The notes under the pieces: model-generated
The model's database searches: none
Told to the model about the DNA's origin: nothing
What the model saw: the letters and a program-made list of their open reading frames with translations, nothing else
Program-made: the position numbers and the translations under genes
Source of the DNA: a bacterium
Lineage (GTDB): Bacteria; Zhuqueibacterota; Zhuqueibacteria; Residuimicrobiales; Residuimicrobiaceae
Assembly: GCA_029565685.1 (NCBI GenBank)
Contig: JAKQNR010000022.1
Span: 556,035-620,034 of the forward strand
DNA length: 64,000 bases
Reading direction: 5' to 3'
Shown here: positions 9,798-20,500 of the stretch, one piece after another
Position numbering within the stretch: the stretch's first letter is position 1
Layout: every line of letters starts with the position of its first letter

Positions 9798-12170
9798 TCA
9801 AAATTCCATCTGATAGCGAGCGAGGAAATTCCGGCCGGGTTCGACAACGATCAGGCCCCGGTTGGTCGCCAGGTGGTTGCGAAAGGCTTTGTCGGTGACA
9901 TTCTCGATGCCGATCATAAGGCGGCCGGACAAGCCGCCAATGCATACGGGCCGGCTGTTGAAATAAAGGTCATAATATACATATCCATTCGTGGTCAATT
10001 CACCCGCAGCCACGCGTGTCTGACGATCGTAAGCGCTCGCAGCGAGCTCTAAAGTGCCGGCGCCTGTCGCCTGCCATTGAGCCGTGATGCCGCCGTGCAG
10101 AGGCGGAATCTGACTTAAAGGTTGACTCAGGCGCAGATCCTGTCCGTGCACATAAGAGGCATGCAGCCGCACGGAGATTTTTTCCCAGGGAACCACTGTT
10201 GCGCTGACTTCACCGCCGGCAAGGGCTGCTTTGCCGATATTGGCTTTCAACAGCGCGCTGCGGCCCTCATAGGAACCAGGGATCTCTGCGATCATATTCA
10301 ATAGACGATTGTAAAAAATATTAGCCCCAGCCTGCAGGGAGCCGCTGAACAGCCGCACGCCCGCATCAAAAAAATGGCCGTTTTCTGGATCGAGCTCCGG
10401 ATCGCCGACTTTGACCAGGTTGCCGGAATCGATGTACTGATAGCGTTCTTCCAGATAGGGCGAACGGAATGAGCGTGCGAGGTTGACCGTGAGATCCACG
10501 GCCGGCAGCAGACGATAAAGCAGGCCGAGATTAGCGCTCCAGGACCGGTCCGAGGCTTTTTCCGCTTGCCATAGAACGCTCTGGCCTGCAGGCGTTTCAT
10601 CGCGAACGCCGTCCGTGATCTCGTACAAAGGATTCAACCCCTCTTCGTTTTCCACTTGAATTACATCATAACGTCCGCCCAGCGTGACCTGCCATTTCGA
10701 TTGTTGCGGCGACCATTCATATTGACCGAACAACCCCATGCTGCGATAGTAGGCGTCCGGCAACGGCAGGTCGCCGAGAGTTTTATAGGTGGTTTTTTGA
10801 ACAGCGCCGGTGGTCGGATTCAGCACTTCGATTTTGCTCTCCCGACTGCGATACCCTTCATACTTTTTCTGCCACACATCCACACCCGCGATGAGATGAT
10901 GAGGAGAACCCCAGTGCCAGTTGCTCTGCATCTGCATTCCATGGATTTTATGAACCGCTCCAGGGGAAATTTTCAGAACCGACACTCGTCTGGCCGGTTG
11001 CCCGCCTGAGGCGGGCAACTGGTTAACCAGATGTGGAATATTCTCAACATCGCGGAGAATATCCTGATAGAAATATTTAATCATGGTCTTCAGGCAGTGA
11101 GAGGACAGGTCGTGGATCTGATATTCCGCACTGTAAAGCGTTCGATCCTCTTTAGGATAACGCACATCGGCGTTGACCGGAAAAATCGGATATCCACCCG
11201 GCACACCGACATCCACTGCATGGTAGCGCTGATAGTTGAAGAACAGTTCACTCTTCTGTCCCGGCCGCCAGCCCAGCCGGGCGATGGCGCTGTGGTCCTG
11301 ATACTGGCTGTTCAGGTATCCTGCCGGCGTACGGGCGTCATCGGCCTTGCGCAGCATACCCGAGGCATAGACATGCCAGCGCTGTGAACCGGCATGGAGC
11401 GACAGTTTACCCAATCCCGACTGGTTGACAGAGGCAAATCCGCCCACCACGCCGAATTTCACATAGGGCTGGTCTTGATACCAGCCGTCCTTGGTAATGA
11501 TGTTGATCACGCCGCCCATGGCGCCGGATCCATACAGCGAAGAGGCGGCGCCTTTGATGACCTCAATCCGTTCGATATCATTCACGTCGATCATAGACAA
11601 TCCGGCTGCGAGATCGTTGGCGGTGTCAATGCGATTGCCGTCCACCAGTGCCACCACATGGTTGCGAGACAGGCCGCGGACATTGGGGGTGGTGCCCCAG
11701 ATTCCATCCCGGCCAAGGCTTAAACCCGGTTCACTCTGCAGAGCATTGGTGATCGAGATGGGCGCCGAACGATCGATCTGCTCAGCGCGCACCACGGTGA
11801 TCGGCAGCGCCACATCGCGAAGTGGCCGGTCCGATTTGGTGCTGGTGACCATGACGTCGGAATAATTCAACAGCACCGGAGACAGCGTGAAAGTCAACTC
11901 CTGGATGGAATCAGGGGCAACCATGACCGACCGACGTTCCGGCTCGTAGCCGATAAAGGAGACGACGAGGGTATATTCGCCCGGCTGAAGTTGGGCAAAG
12001 GAAAACCGACCCTCTTGGTCGGTGACCACGCCGCGGTACCTGTTTGCCAGATGCACATTAGCGCCGGCCAAAGGCCGATTTTGCTGTTGGTCCAAGACCC
12101 TTCCGGAAAGTTCGCTTTCAGCATAAGCCGGAAGACAAATCATAAAAAGTAAATATATCCAATGACGCAT
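9798..12170 (-). CDS. TonB-dependent outer-membrane receptor with CarboxypepD_reg N-terminal domain
   Basis: Signal peptide, then 'LSGRVLDQQQNRPLAGANVHLANRYRGVVTDQEGRFSF' (CarboxypepD_reg). Plug region 'VVRAEQIDRSAPISITNALQSEPGL' and terminal aromatic 'ARYQMEF'. 19 nt downstream of feoB. Confidence 0.85.
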   Translation of the reverse strand: MRHWIYLLFMICLPAYAESELSGRVLDQQQNRPLAGANVHLANRYRGVVTDQEGRFSFAQLQPGEYTLVVSFIGYEPERRSVMVAPDSIQELTFTLSPVLLNYSDVMVTSTKSDRPLRDVALPITVVRAEQIDRSAPISITNALQSEPGLSLGRDGIWGTTPNVRGLSRNHVVALVDGNRIDTANDLAAGLSMIDVNDIERIEVIKGAASSLYGSGAMGGVINIITKDGWYQDQPYVKFGVVGGFASVNQSGLGKLSLHAGSQRWHVYASGMLRKADDARTPAGYLNSQYQDHSAIARLGWRPGQKSELFFNYQRYHAVDVGVPGGYPIFPVNADVRYPKEDRTLYSAEYQIHDLSSHCLKTMIKYFYQDILRDVENIPHLVNQLPASGGQPARRVSVLKISPGAVHKIHGMQMQSNWHWGSPHHLIAGVDVWQKKYEGYRSRESKIEVLNPTTGAVQKTTYKTLGDLPLPDAYYRSMGLFGQYEWSPQQSKWQVTLGGRYDVIQVENEEGLNPLYEITDGVRDETPAGQSVLWQAEKASDRSWSANLGLLYRLLPAVDLTVNLARSFRSPYLEERYQYIDSGNLVKVGDPELDPENGHFFDAGVRLFSGSLQAGANIFYNRLLNMIAEIPGSYEGRSALLKANIGKAALAGGEVSATVVPWEKISVRLHASYVHGQDLRLSQPLSQIPPLHGGITAQWQATGAGTLELAASAYDRQTRVAAGELTTNGYVYYDLYFNSRPVCIGGLSGRLMIGIENVTDKAFRNHLATNRGLIVVEPGRNFLARYQMEF

Positions 12171-12189
12171 AGCAGAACTCCTTATAAAG

Positions 12190-14133
12190 TTACAGGAAAA
12201 GCGGGGCGATGAAACGCGTGAGCCACGCCAGCCAGATGGCCAGAAACAGCGAAAGGGCCGAGGCCAGAAGAGTTTTGCGCATTCCCAATTCTCTCACCAT
12301 GATGCCAAAGGTGGCCAGGCAGGGCAGATAAAACAGAATGAAAACTGTAAACACCATGATCTGCACCGGCGTCATCACCGTCAGCACCTCAGTGGTTCCA
12401 AGGGACTGAAACAGCATGAGCATGGACAATTCTTTTCGCAGCACTCCGAAGATAATCGTCAATCCGACCTTTTCCGGCAAATCCAGCAACCGGGTAAGGG
12501 GAGAAAACATTCGGTTGATCCCCTCTTGCCAGTGCAGCCATTCGGTGATGCTGAGAAAGAGGCTGCCCAAAATCAACAACGGCCAGGCGATGACGATAAA
12601 ATCCTTGATGCGCAGCCAGGTTTTAGCCAAAACAACTTTTACGCCGGGCGCTTGAAAGGCCGGTATCTCCATGATCATGCCCGGCGTTTCTTCCGGGGAA
12701 AGGCGTGAAAGAACTAAGCCGATGCCCAGAATGATCACTATATTTAAAAGCAACAGCCAGAAGGCGTAGGCGCCGCCCAAATAAAAACCCACCAATCCAA
12801 GGATTAGGGTCATGCGCGCTGAGCAGGGTACGAACAGCGCCAGAGTGGAAGCGATGAAGCGGTCTCTTGGTCGGGTAATGATGCGAGTGGCCATGACCGC
12901 CGGAACGGTGCAGCCGTATCCCAACAAAAGAGGGATGATCGCGGTTCCATGCAATCCCAAACGGTGCATGATTCCATCGGTTAAAAATGCCATGCGCGGA
13001 AGGTAGCCGATGTCCTCGATGAGCGCCATCAGGAGCAAAAATGGAAAGAGATACGGCAGAACGATCGAAACGCCGCCGGAAAATCCTTGCAGCAGGCTGT
13101 TCAGCAAGTGATAGGTGAAGGAATCAACCGACCAGTGCAGAGCCATCTGATCACTCAACGATTGAAAAAACGCCAGAATGGGCGTTTCGAGAAACGCGCC
13201 GAGTTTAAAGACGCTGACGAACAGGAGGTACAGAACCGCCAGCATGATCACATAGCCGACGATCGGATGCATCAACAGATCGTCTATCCGGTCACGCCAA
13301 AGGCTGGAGGAGCGACTGCCCACGCGAGCCACTTCTTCGAACAGCTCCATGCTTTTGGCATGGCGCTCCGCCGAGATCACCTGATCAGAGGGTTGGCCAT
13401 GGGCCTCTTCCAGCATCTGTTGATAAACCTTGATTTTTTCTACGGCGCCGGGTAGTCGTTTTTCAGCCAGGTCCAGATAGTAGGGATCGTGTTCGAGCAA
13501 TTTGATGGCCAGAAGTCTGGGTTTGTCAAAATCCAGACCACATTGCTTCATCCAATCGACCACGGAGCGGATGGCGGTTTCTACGTGTTTACTCATGGTG
13601 ATGGGATGCATTGGAGATATGGAGCGGGCATATTTCACAGAGCGGGTGAACAGGGTCTCAACGCCGATGCCTTTGGAAGCGATGGTGGAAAAAACCGGCG
13701 CACAGAGAAGGGAGGATAGGCGTTCTCCGTCGATCTCGACGCCTTTGCGTTGGGCTTCATCGATCATGTTCAGACAGAGCACCATGGGCAGGCCCAACTC
13801 TGCCATTTGCAGGGTCAGTTCCAGACTGCGGCACAGAAGCGATGCATCGACCACATTGACAACCAGATCGATTTTTTCGAACAGCAGAAACTGCTTAGCC
13901 GCCTCGGTAGCCGGGTCGATGGCGGTGAGAGAATACAGGCCCGGAAGGTCGATCAGTTCAATGGTCTGATCGCCTATTTGAACCAGACTGCTGGTGAACG
14001 AAACCGTGGCGCCGGCAAAATTAGTCGAGATCGAGCGATAGCCGGCCACCTGATTGAATAACGTGCTCTTGCCGCAATTAGGTTGCCCGATCAGCACCAA
14101 CCGCAGACAGGGGGCGGAGGAAGAATTTTTCAT
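12190..14133 (-). CDS. feoB: Ferrous iron transporter FeoB
   Basis: G-protein domain 'LIGQPNCGKSTLFNQVAG...IELIDLPGLYSL' followed by a polytopic permease. Start ATG 14133 forms an ATGA overlap with the feoA stop. The ORF-track N-terminal extension is rejected. Confidence 0.9.
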   Translation of the reverse strand: MKNSSSAPCLRLVLIGQPNCGKSTLFNQVAGYRSISTNFAGATVSFTSSLVQIGDQTIELIDLPGLYSLTAIDPATEAAKQFLLFEKIDLVVNVVDASLLCRSLELTLQMAELGLPMVLCLNMIDEAQRKGVEIDGERLSSLLCAPVFSTIASKGIGVETLFTRSVKYARSISPMHPITMSKHVETAIRSVVDWMKQCGLDFDKPRLLAIKLLEHDPYYLDLAEKRLPGAVEKIKVYQQMLEEAHGQPSDQVISAERHAKSMELFEEVARVGSRSSSLWRDRIDDLLMHPIVGYVIMLAVLYLLFVSVFKLGAFLETPILAFFQSLSDQMALHWSVDSFTYHLLNSLLQGFSGGVSIVLPYLFPFLLLMALIEDIGYLPRMAFLTDGIMHRLGLHGTAIIPLLLGYGCTVPAVMATRIITRPRDRFIASTLALFVPCSARMTLILGLVGFYLGGAYAFWLLLLNIVIILGIGLVLSRLSPEETPGMIMEIPAFQAPGVKVVLAKTWLRIKDFIVIAWPLLILGSLFLSITEWLHWQEGINRMFSPLTRLLDLPEKVGLTIIFGVLRKELSMLMLFQSLGTTEVLTVMTPVQIMVFTVFILFYLPCLATFGIMVRELGMRKTLLASALSLFLAIWLAWLTRFIAPLFL

Positions 14134-14387
14134 GATAGCGTCGTCACTCGGACAAATATGTGGGCCGCCATGCAGCGGCTGAGGGCGATGTCCGCCTGAT
14201 TGACAGTCAACAGCAGGGGGCCGCCCAGAACCGCATTCCGCTTCAGTCGGACGATGTCGCCCACATGCAGGCCGACTTGTTGCAGCCGCTGGCGAAGCCC
14301 CCATCCTCCGGAGAATGCCACGATCGTTGCCGCTTGTCCGACTTTTAATTGGTTCAACGTCGGCAGAATCTTTTCTTCACGCATCAT
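14130..14387 (-). CDS. feoA: FeoA-domain protein
   Basis: 85 aa. 'LNQLKVGQAATIVAFSGGWGLRQRLQQVGLHVGDIVRLKRNA' is an SH3-like FeoA motif. Translationally coupled to feoB. Confidence 0.85.
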   Translation of the reverse strand: MMREEKILPTLNQLKVGQAATIVAFSGGWGLRQRLQQVGLHVGDIVRLKRNAVLGGPLLLTVNQADIALSRCMAAHIFVRVTTLS

Positions 14388-14400
14388 AAGACGAGTTCTA

Positions 14401-14874
14401 CTATTTTAGCATGCATTCCACACAGGGCGTGCCGTCGGAATACGCCCTAGCGCATTCACGAACCTCACGGATGAATTGACCATGTTTTTTAGGACACTGT
14501 CTGACCAAATAGAGAAAGCGCATCAGCGCCGAATAGGTCTCAGCGCTGATTAAATGTTCGATCTTGCAAGCATCCTGTTCTGCGATCGCTTTATCAAGTC
14601 CAAGAATGTCCGTCAATAAATCTTCAACCGCCTGATGCCTGAGCGTCAAATGGTGCGCCAGTCGACGCCCCTTGACAGTGAGTACGATATGTCCATAGGC
14701 TTCATGGGCAATGAGATCTTTTTTAGCCAGTTGACTCAGAGCGATGGATACGCTGGAACGGGTCACCCCGCGGCGTTCAGCGATATCTTTGACGCGAGCC
14801 ACCTTGTTTTCATCTTCCAGAGCCGCGATGATCTCGATGTACTCCTGGGTGACGGTGTCATGAGGTAAATTCAT
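14401..14874 (-). CDS. DtxR/MntR-family metal-dependent transcriptional repressor
   Basis: 'TQEYIEIIAALEDENKVARVKDIAERRGVTRSSVSIALSQLAKKDLI' is the DtxR wHTH. Start taken at the MNLPHD ATG (14874), where family N-termini align. The longer ORF-track start is rejected. Confidence 0.8.
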   Translation of the reverse strand: MNLPHDTVTQEYIEIIAALEDENKVARVKDIAERRGVTRSSVSIALSQLAKKDLIAHEAYGHIVLTVKGRRLAHHLTLRHQAVEDLLTDILGLDKAIAEQDACKIEHLISAETYSALMRFLYLVRQCPKKHGQFIREVRECARAYSDGTPCVECMLK

Positions 14875-15077
14875 GAACGACCTCGAGTTTGATGCATAAA
14901 ACATTGTTAGAGATATAAACTTAATCACTTTTCGGCAGAAAAACAAGCCTAATTTTTCCAATCACACAACCTGCTTGACTAAATCCTCGCTTCTGACTAT
15001 ATTAGCCTGCGTTTTCGCTGCTCCTTTGCGGCCGAAACCGCACCACTGTTCATGATTATGATGGTGTCAACTACAGC

Positions 15078-17468
15078 ATGAATCCCTACTCCAGACCTAT
15101 GCTTTTTCACCCGACCCTGCGACTTGTCCTTGCCTGTTCTCTTGTATTCATTTTTCCCCGCGCCGGTTTAACCCTTGTCGACATCGCCTCGCTGCATCAT
15201 AACGACGCGTCAGGAGCGCCGCTAGCGCCCTATCGAATCGGCCAGAGGGTGGAGGTGGCCGGTGTGGTGACGGCGGGAACCAACCTGTTCACCACCACCT
15301 ATTGCGATGTTTACATTCAGGACGCCACGGGCGGCATCAATCTCTACGCAGACTCGCCTTGGTCCACAGCGCTTCAGATCGGCGACAGCGTTCGCGTCGA
15401 CGGCGTGATCCGCCATTTTCGCGGACTGACGGAGATCAGCATGCCGATGACCATCGATGTCCTTGGCAAAGCTAAAATCATTCCAGCGCCACTGCTGCTG
15501 ACTTGTGATCAGGCGGCAAATAGTTTTTCCCAAGATTCGACTGAACCGAATGAAAGCCGGCTGATCCGCCTCAACCGGGCCCGAGTAACCGCTGGTTCGG
15601 CTCCCACCTTGACCATCAGCGATCAGACCGGTCAGTGTCTGCTTTACCTCGATGCGGATACGAAGCTGCAGGTCCCACAAGGTACGTTCGATGTCATTGG
15701 CATCCTGAAACAGTACGACACAACAATGCCCTATACTGATGGTTATGAGATCGTACCCCGCTTTGCCGGTGATCTGATCCTTCATTCAGGCCCTGTTTTT
15801 GCAAGTGAACCGGAGGAAGTCGCCATCACGCCGCAAACCGTCGATTTTTACTGGCAGACCGCCGATGCGGCCAGCGCCTCGATTAAATACAAAAACCGCA
15901 CCTCCTGGGAGTGGCAAAGTTATGGTGATTCCTCATCTGTGCAGGAGCATCATCTGTCGCTGTCCAACCTGCTGCCGGCCACCATCTATGACGCCTACAT
16001 GGTCTGCAGCGATGCTGCGGGATCCAGTTCGAGCCGCCGCTTCGCCTTTTGCACTGCCTCAGCCCGCTCCAGCGGCACTATTGAGGTTTGGTTCAATCAA
16101 TCAGTCAACCCAACCTTAGCCCATCCGGACACGGCGAACGGGTCAGTGGATCTGGCGGCTAAATTGATCGAACGGATCGATCAAGCCCGACACAGTTTGG
16201 ATGTGTGTTTCTATAATTTAAGCCATTCGGAGCTCACCGAGGCCATCGGCCGGGCGAAAAACAGAGGGGTTTCTGTTCGTCTGATTTACGATTACGATCC
16301 AGATAAGCCGAACGAGGAAAAGCCTTCCATCAGCCGGCTGCAACAGGTATACCATGTTCCCGTGATCAGCGACCGGTTTGGCCAGAACAGCGGCACTGGC
16401 TTAATGCACAACAAGTTTGTCATCATCGATCATCGCGATCATGACAACGCTTTGGACGATTACCTGTGGGTCGCCTCTGCCAATGGCACCCTCCACGGGG
16501 CTGTTCTCAACGCTGAAAACGGCCTATGCATTCAGGATGAGGCGCTTTGTGCCGCCTATACCGCCGAGTTTGACGAGATGTGGGGGGACGGAGATGAAAT
16601 GGCGGACGCAACCCGCAGCCGGTTCGGCGAGCGTAAGACCGATAACACGCCGCATCGGTTCTGCGTCAACGGCGTGTGGATCGAACAATATATGAGTCCA
16701 TCGGATCAAACCGAAGCGGCCATTGTCCAATCCATCCGATCCGCTCAGCAGTCTCTCTACTTTTGTATTTACTCCTTTACCAGCATGCCGATTCTATATG
16801 CTTTGGAAGAGCGTTTCCGCCGGTCTCCAGGTTTCGGCCTGGCCGGCGTTTTTGACGCAGAGGCAAACGAAGATAGATACAGCGTGTATTCCCGCATGGC
16901 CGGCATCGGCGCCTCGGCTTGGTCGCCTCCTGCGGATGTCTGGCTGGAACAGTCGCCCTACCTTTTGCACCACAAGTATTTGATTGTGGATGCAGGCGGA
17001 GAAAATCCAAAGGTGATCACCGGCAGTCATAACTGGAGCTATAGCGCGGAGCATGGCAACGATGAGAATGTGCTGATCTTTCACAGCCGTACGTTGGCCA
17101 ATCAATACCTCCAAGAATTTTCCATGCGCTATCAGGAAGCAGGGGGGCAGGCGGCGTTGCTGACGCCTGTGGCAGCCAAGGAAATCGCCGCTGGGCCGGC
17201 AACCTGGAGGTTGATAGGCAATTATCCCAATCCTTTCAACAGTTCCACCCGGATCCTCTACCATCGACCGGAGCAGGATCGCACTGACCGTACTGCGTTT
17301 CTGTACGATGTTGCGGGACGGCTTGTTCGCACCCTGGAGCTTTCGCCTCAGGGAAATGAGGTCGCCTGGAATGGCGCCGATGATTCGGGCCGGTCCGTCG
17401 CCTCCGGCGTGTACATGGTCCGCATCGCAGGCCACCCGGGCGTAGTAAAAATGTTGCTCATACGATGA
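15078..17468 (+). CDS. Secreted phospholipase-D/HKD-family protein (nuclease-like) with OB-fold, FN3-like domain and T9SS C-terminal sorting domain
   Basis: Signal peptide. Two HKD motifs ('[11 protein letters not shown]', '[30 protein letters not shown]'). C-terminus '[14 protein letters not shown]...[20 protein letters not shown]' is a Por_Secre_tail-type CTD. Consensus sigma70-like promoter TTGACT-N17-TATATT at 14975-15003. Confidence 0.8.
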   Translation: MNPYSRPMLFHPTLRLVLACSLVFIFPRAGLTLVDIASLHHNDASGAPLAPYRIGQRVEVAGVVTAGTNLFTTTYCDVYIQDATGGINLYADSPWSTALQIGDSVRVDGVIRHFRGLTEISMPMTIDVLGKAKIIPAPLLLTCDQAANSFSQDSTEPNESRLIRLNRARVTAGSAPTLTISDQTGQCLLYLDADTKLQVPQGTFDVIGILKQYDTTMPYTDGYEIVPRFAGDLILHSGPVFASEPEEVAITPQTVDFYWQTADAASASIKYKNRTSWEWQSYGDSSSVQEHHLSLSNLLPATIYDAYMVCSDAAGSSSSRRFAFCTASARSSGTIEVWFNQSVNPTLAHPDTANGSVDLAAKLIERIDQARHSLDVCFYNLSHSELTEAIGRAKNRGVSVRLIYDYDPDKPNEEKPSISRLQQVYHVPVISDRFGQNSGTGLMHNKFVIIDHRDHDNALDDYLWVASANGTLHGAVLNAENGLCIQDEALCAAYTAEFDEMWGDGDEMADATRSRFGERKTDNTPHRFCVNGVWIEQYMSPSDQTEAAIVQSIRSAQQSLYFCIYSFTSMPILYALEERFRRSPGFGLAGVFDAEANEDRYSVYSRMAGIGASAWSPPADVWLEQSPYLLHHKYLIVDAGGENPKVITGSHNWSYSAEHGNDENVLIFHSRTLANQYLQEFSMRYQEAGGQAALLTPVAAKEIAAGPATWRLIGNYPNPFNSSTRILYHRPEQDRTDRTAFLYDVAGRLVRTLELSPQGNEVAWNGADDSGRSVASGVYMVRIAGHPGVVKMLLIR

Positions 17469-17478
17469 GGAAAAAAGT

Positions 17479-18507
17479 ATGAAGATGAAAGCCTTGGTCA
17501 AAAAGAGCCGGGAGCCTGGATTGTGGATGGAAGAAGTCCCGGCGCCGATTTGCGGCAACAACGATCTATTGATCAAAATCACCCACACCGCCATCTGCGG
17601 CACTGACCTACACATCTATAAATGGGATGAATGGTCGCAGCGCACCATTAAGCCTCCGCTGGTGATCGGCCACGAGTTTGTCGGTGTGGTGGTTGAAAAG
17701 GGAATCAATGTCTCCGGATATGAGGTCGGCGAGCGGGTGTCCGGCGAGGGACATATCGTCTGCGGAGTCTGTCGCAGCTGCCGCGCCGGCCGCAGGCATC
17801 TGTGCACCAATACCATAGGCATCGGGGTAAACCGGGACGGCTGTTTTGCCGAGTATCTGGCCCTGCCGGCGACCAACGCCTGGCACGTACATCCTGCGAT
17901 CCCGTCAGAAATCGCCGCCTTCTTTGATCCTTTCGGAAATGCCACGCATTCCGCCCTCTCCTTTGACATCGTGGGTGAAGATGTTCTCATCACCGGGGCG
18001 GGACCCATCGGCCTGATGGCCGTGGCCATCTGCCGTCATGTCGGCGCACGCAATATCGTCCTCACCGACGTCAACGACTACCGGTTGAGCCTGGGGAAAA
18101 AGATGGGCGCCACGCGCGTGGTCAATGTGGCTGAAGGATCCATTGAGCAGTGTCGAAAAGATCTGGCTATGGTCGGATTCGATATCGGGCTGGAGATGTC
18201 CGGCAATCCACGTGCATTTGAATCCATGCTGGAAAACATGTATCATGGCGGCCGCATCGCTCTGCTGGGCATTTTACCGGCGAGCACTCAGATCAACTGG
18301 GATCAGGTTATTTTCAAAGGGCTGCACATCAAAGGCATTTACGGACGGGAAATTTTTGAAACCTGGTACAAGATGCAAACCATGCTGCAAAGCGGGCTGA
18401 ACATATCGCCGGTGCTGACCCATCAACTCAAATTCGCTGATTTTCAAAAGGGCTTTGACGCCATGCTCTCCGGCAAGTGTGGCAAAGTGGTGCTAACCAT
18501 GGAGTGA
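17479..18507 (+). CDS. tdh: L-threonine 3-dehydrogenase
   Basis: Zn-ADH fold. '[45 protein letters not shown]' is almost invariant in Tdh. Followed by kbl. Confidence 0.9.
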   Translation: MKMKALVKKSREPGLWMEEVPAPICGNNDLLIKITHTAICGTDLHIYKWDEWSQRTIKPPLVIGHEFVGVVVEKGINVSGYEVGERVSGEGHIVCGVCRSCRAGRRHLCTNTIGIGVNRDGCFAEYLALPATNAWHVHPAIPSEIAAFFDPFGNATHSALSFDIVGEDVLITGAGPIGLMAVAICRHVGARNIVLTDVNDYRLSLGKKMGATRVVNVAEGSIEQCRKDLAMVGFDIGLEMSGNPRAFESMLENMYHGGRIALLGILPASTQINWDQVIFKGLHIKGIYGREIFETWYKMQTMLQSGLNISPVLTHQLKFADFQKGFDAMLSGKCGKVVLTME

Positions 18508-18510
18508 ATC

Positions 18511-19701
18511 ATGTACGGACAAATCAAACAGGACCTCATCGCCGCGCTGGACGAGATTCGTCAATCAGGCCTGTATAAGCACGAACGCGTTCTCTCTTCC
18601 AGCCAGGGCGCAATGATCAGCGTGCAGGGCGGCGCAGCGGTGCTGAACTTTTGCGCCAACAACTATCTGGGACTTGCCAGCCATCCCACGGTGATTGACG
18701 CGGCGCAGAAGGCGATGCAGCGATGGGGATATGGACTTTCATCAGTACGCTTTATCTGCGGCACGCAGGAAGGACACAAACAATTGGAGGAAAAGATGTC
18801 CCGATTCCTGCAGACCGAGGATACGATTCTTTATGCCGCCTGCTTTGACGCCAACGGCGGTGTGTTTGAACCGTTCATGGGCGCCGACACCTGTATTCTC
18901 ACCGATGCACTCAACCATGCCTCCATCATAGACGGCATTCGTCTGGCCAAAGCTCAGCGGCTGATCTATCAGCATGCGGATATGGCGGATCTGGAAAAGA
19001 AATTACAGGAAAGCAAGAGCTCGCGTTACCGACTGATCGCCACAGACGGTGTTTTCAGCATGGATGGAGACATCGCCCCCTTGCAGGCCATCTGCGATCT
19101 GGCTGATCGCTATGATGCACTGGTCATGGTGGACGACAGCCATGCCACAGGATTTTTAGGCAGAACCGGCCGCGGCAGCATCGAGCATTGTCGCGTGATG
19201 GGCCGCGTCGACTTGATCACCACCACCTTTGGCAAAGCCTTGGGAGGCGCCATGGGCGGGTGCGTGTCCGGACGCAAAGAGATGATCGAATATCTCAGAC
19301 AAAAAAGCAGACCCTATCTGTTCTCCAACAGCCTTTCACCGATGGTGGTCGGCGCCACGCTGGCGGTCTTGGAGCTTCTGTCCGCCAATACGGAATTGCG
19401 CGACCGTCTGGAGAGCAATACGCTTTACTTCCGCCAACGAATGACCGCTATGGGATTTGATATCAAGCCCGGGATTCATCCCATTGTTCCCATCATGCTG
19501 TACGACGAAAAGTTGGCGCACACCATGGCGGACGAGATGCTGAAAAAGGGCGTCTACGTGATCGGATTCAGCTATCCGGTTGTGCCGAAAGGAATGGCGC
19601 GCATTCGCGTGCAGGTCTCTGCAGCGCACAGCAAAGAGCATCTGGATACGGCTGTGGACGCATTTCAGTCTGTGGGCAAGCAGCTAGGCGTAATCAGGTA
19701 A
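18511..19701 (+). CDS. kbl: 2-amino-3-ketobutyrate CoA ligase (glycine C-acetyltransferase)
   Basis: 'MYGQIKQDLIAALDEIRQSGLYKHERV...' N-terminus typical of Kbl. PLP-Lys in 'TFGKALGGAMGG'. Forms the tdh-kbl operon. Confidence 0.9.
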   Translation: MYGQIKQDLIAALDEIRQSGLYKHERVLSSSQGAMISVQGGAAVLNFCANNYLGLASHPTVIDAAQKAMQRWGYGLSSVRFICGTQEGHKQLEEKMSRFLQTEDTILYAACFDANGGVFEPFMGADTCILTDALNHASIIDGIRLAKAQRLIYQHADMADLEKKLQESKSSRYRLIATDGVFSMDGDIAPLQAICDLADRYDALVMVDDSHATGFLGRTGRGSIEHCRVMGRVDLITTTFGKALGGAMGGCVSGRKEMIEYLRQKSRPYLFSNSLSPMVVGATLAVLELLSANTELRDRLESNTLYFRQRMTAMGFDIKPGIHPIVPIMLYDEKLAHTMADEMLKKGVYVIGFSYPVVPKGMARIRVQVSAAHSKEHLDTAVDAFQSVGKQLGVIR

Positions 19702-19922
19702 GTGGGGCTTACGAATCTGTAATCCGGATTTCCATTGTTGGATTCCTTCGTGCAGCACTCTGTGCGAATGCAAAATGGCTATTGAAAAATATGAAATAAA
19801 GCGTCCAAGCATAAAACAGATCTGGCATGCCTCTTGCATGGTTTCAAGCAGGGCGGAAGGCAGCGGGAATAAAGCTCCTAAAAAGCAGCCCAGCGTTGAG
19901 GAAACCAACCAAGGAGGCGAAG

Positions 19923-20360
19923 ATGCGCCGGATCCAGATAATCGGGTTCAGCTTAATGCTTTTCAGCCAATTCTGTGCAGCAGATACGTTGATCAAAATC
20001 GATCGCAGTAGGACGCACGGAAAATTGTCTCTGATCGCCGACACCTATATTGAATTCGTTATCAATAAAAAGGACGGACAGCAACAGTGGATCAAGGTGG
20101 ATAAAAAAGAGATCCTGGATATCGTTGGCAGTAAAGGCAAGCTGATATACCCCAGAGATAAATACGATGAAATGGCGCTCAACTACGGCAAGGTCAAGCT
20201 ACGTACGGCGCAGGATGTCGTTAAATACAAACAGCGCAAATCGGAGTCTATCCTTGCACAGGAACAGCACGAACAGGCGGAGAAAAACCGATTTAAAATA
20301 GCCGCCATGATCGGAGGTGTTGGCGGGTTGATGGCCTGGGCTTTCTTTCAAGCCGATTGA
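19923..20360 (+). CDS. Hypothetical exported protein (signal peptide and C-terminal TM anchor)
   Basis: Start placed at the MRRIQIIGFSLMLFSQFCAAD ATG after AAGGAGG. C-terminal 'AAMIGGVGGLMAWAFF' is a TM helix. No recognisable domain. Confidence 0.5.
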   Translation: MRRIQIIGFSLMLFSQFCAADTLIKIDRSRTHGKLSLIADTYIEFVINKKDGQQQWIKVDKKEILDIVGSKGKLIYPRDKYDEMALNYGKVKLRTAQDVVKYKQRKSESILAQEQHEQAEKNRFKIAAMIGGVGGLMAWAFFQAD

Positions 20361-20500
20361 GATCGTCGATTCTTCTCTCCTTTGTCCTGCCGACCCCTCT
20401 CTTATCCGCCTATTAGACCAGACCGCTCTTTACACCTCACAGAAAAGTATTGATTTTGTGAGGCAAAATGGGTAACATGATGTTCAAACCTGAACCACCT

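Noticed and set aside
14941-15010. DtxR/IdeR box call in the dtxR-PLD divergent spacer
   Set aside because: Only two 7-nt half-site-like matches (AGCCTAA / TTAGCCT) about 50 bp apart, not a 19-bp palindrome. Kept as a hypothesis in the findings, not annotated as a feature.
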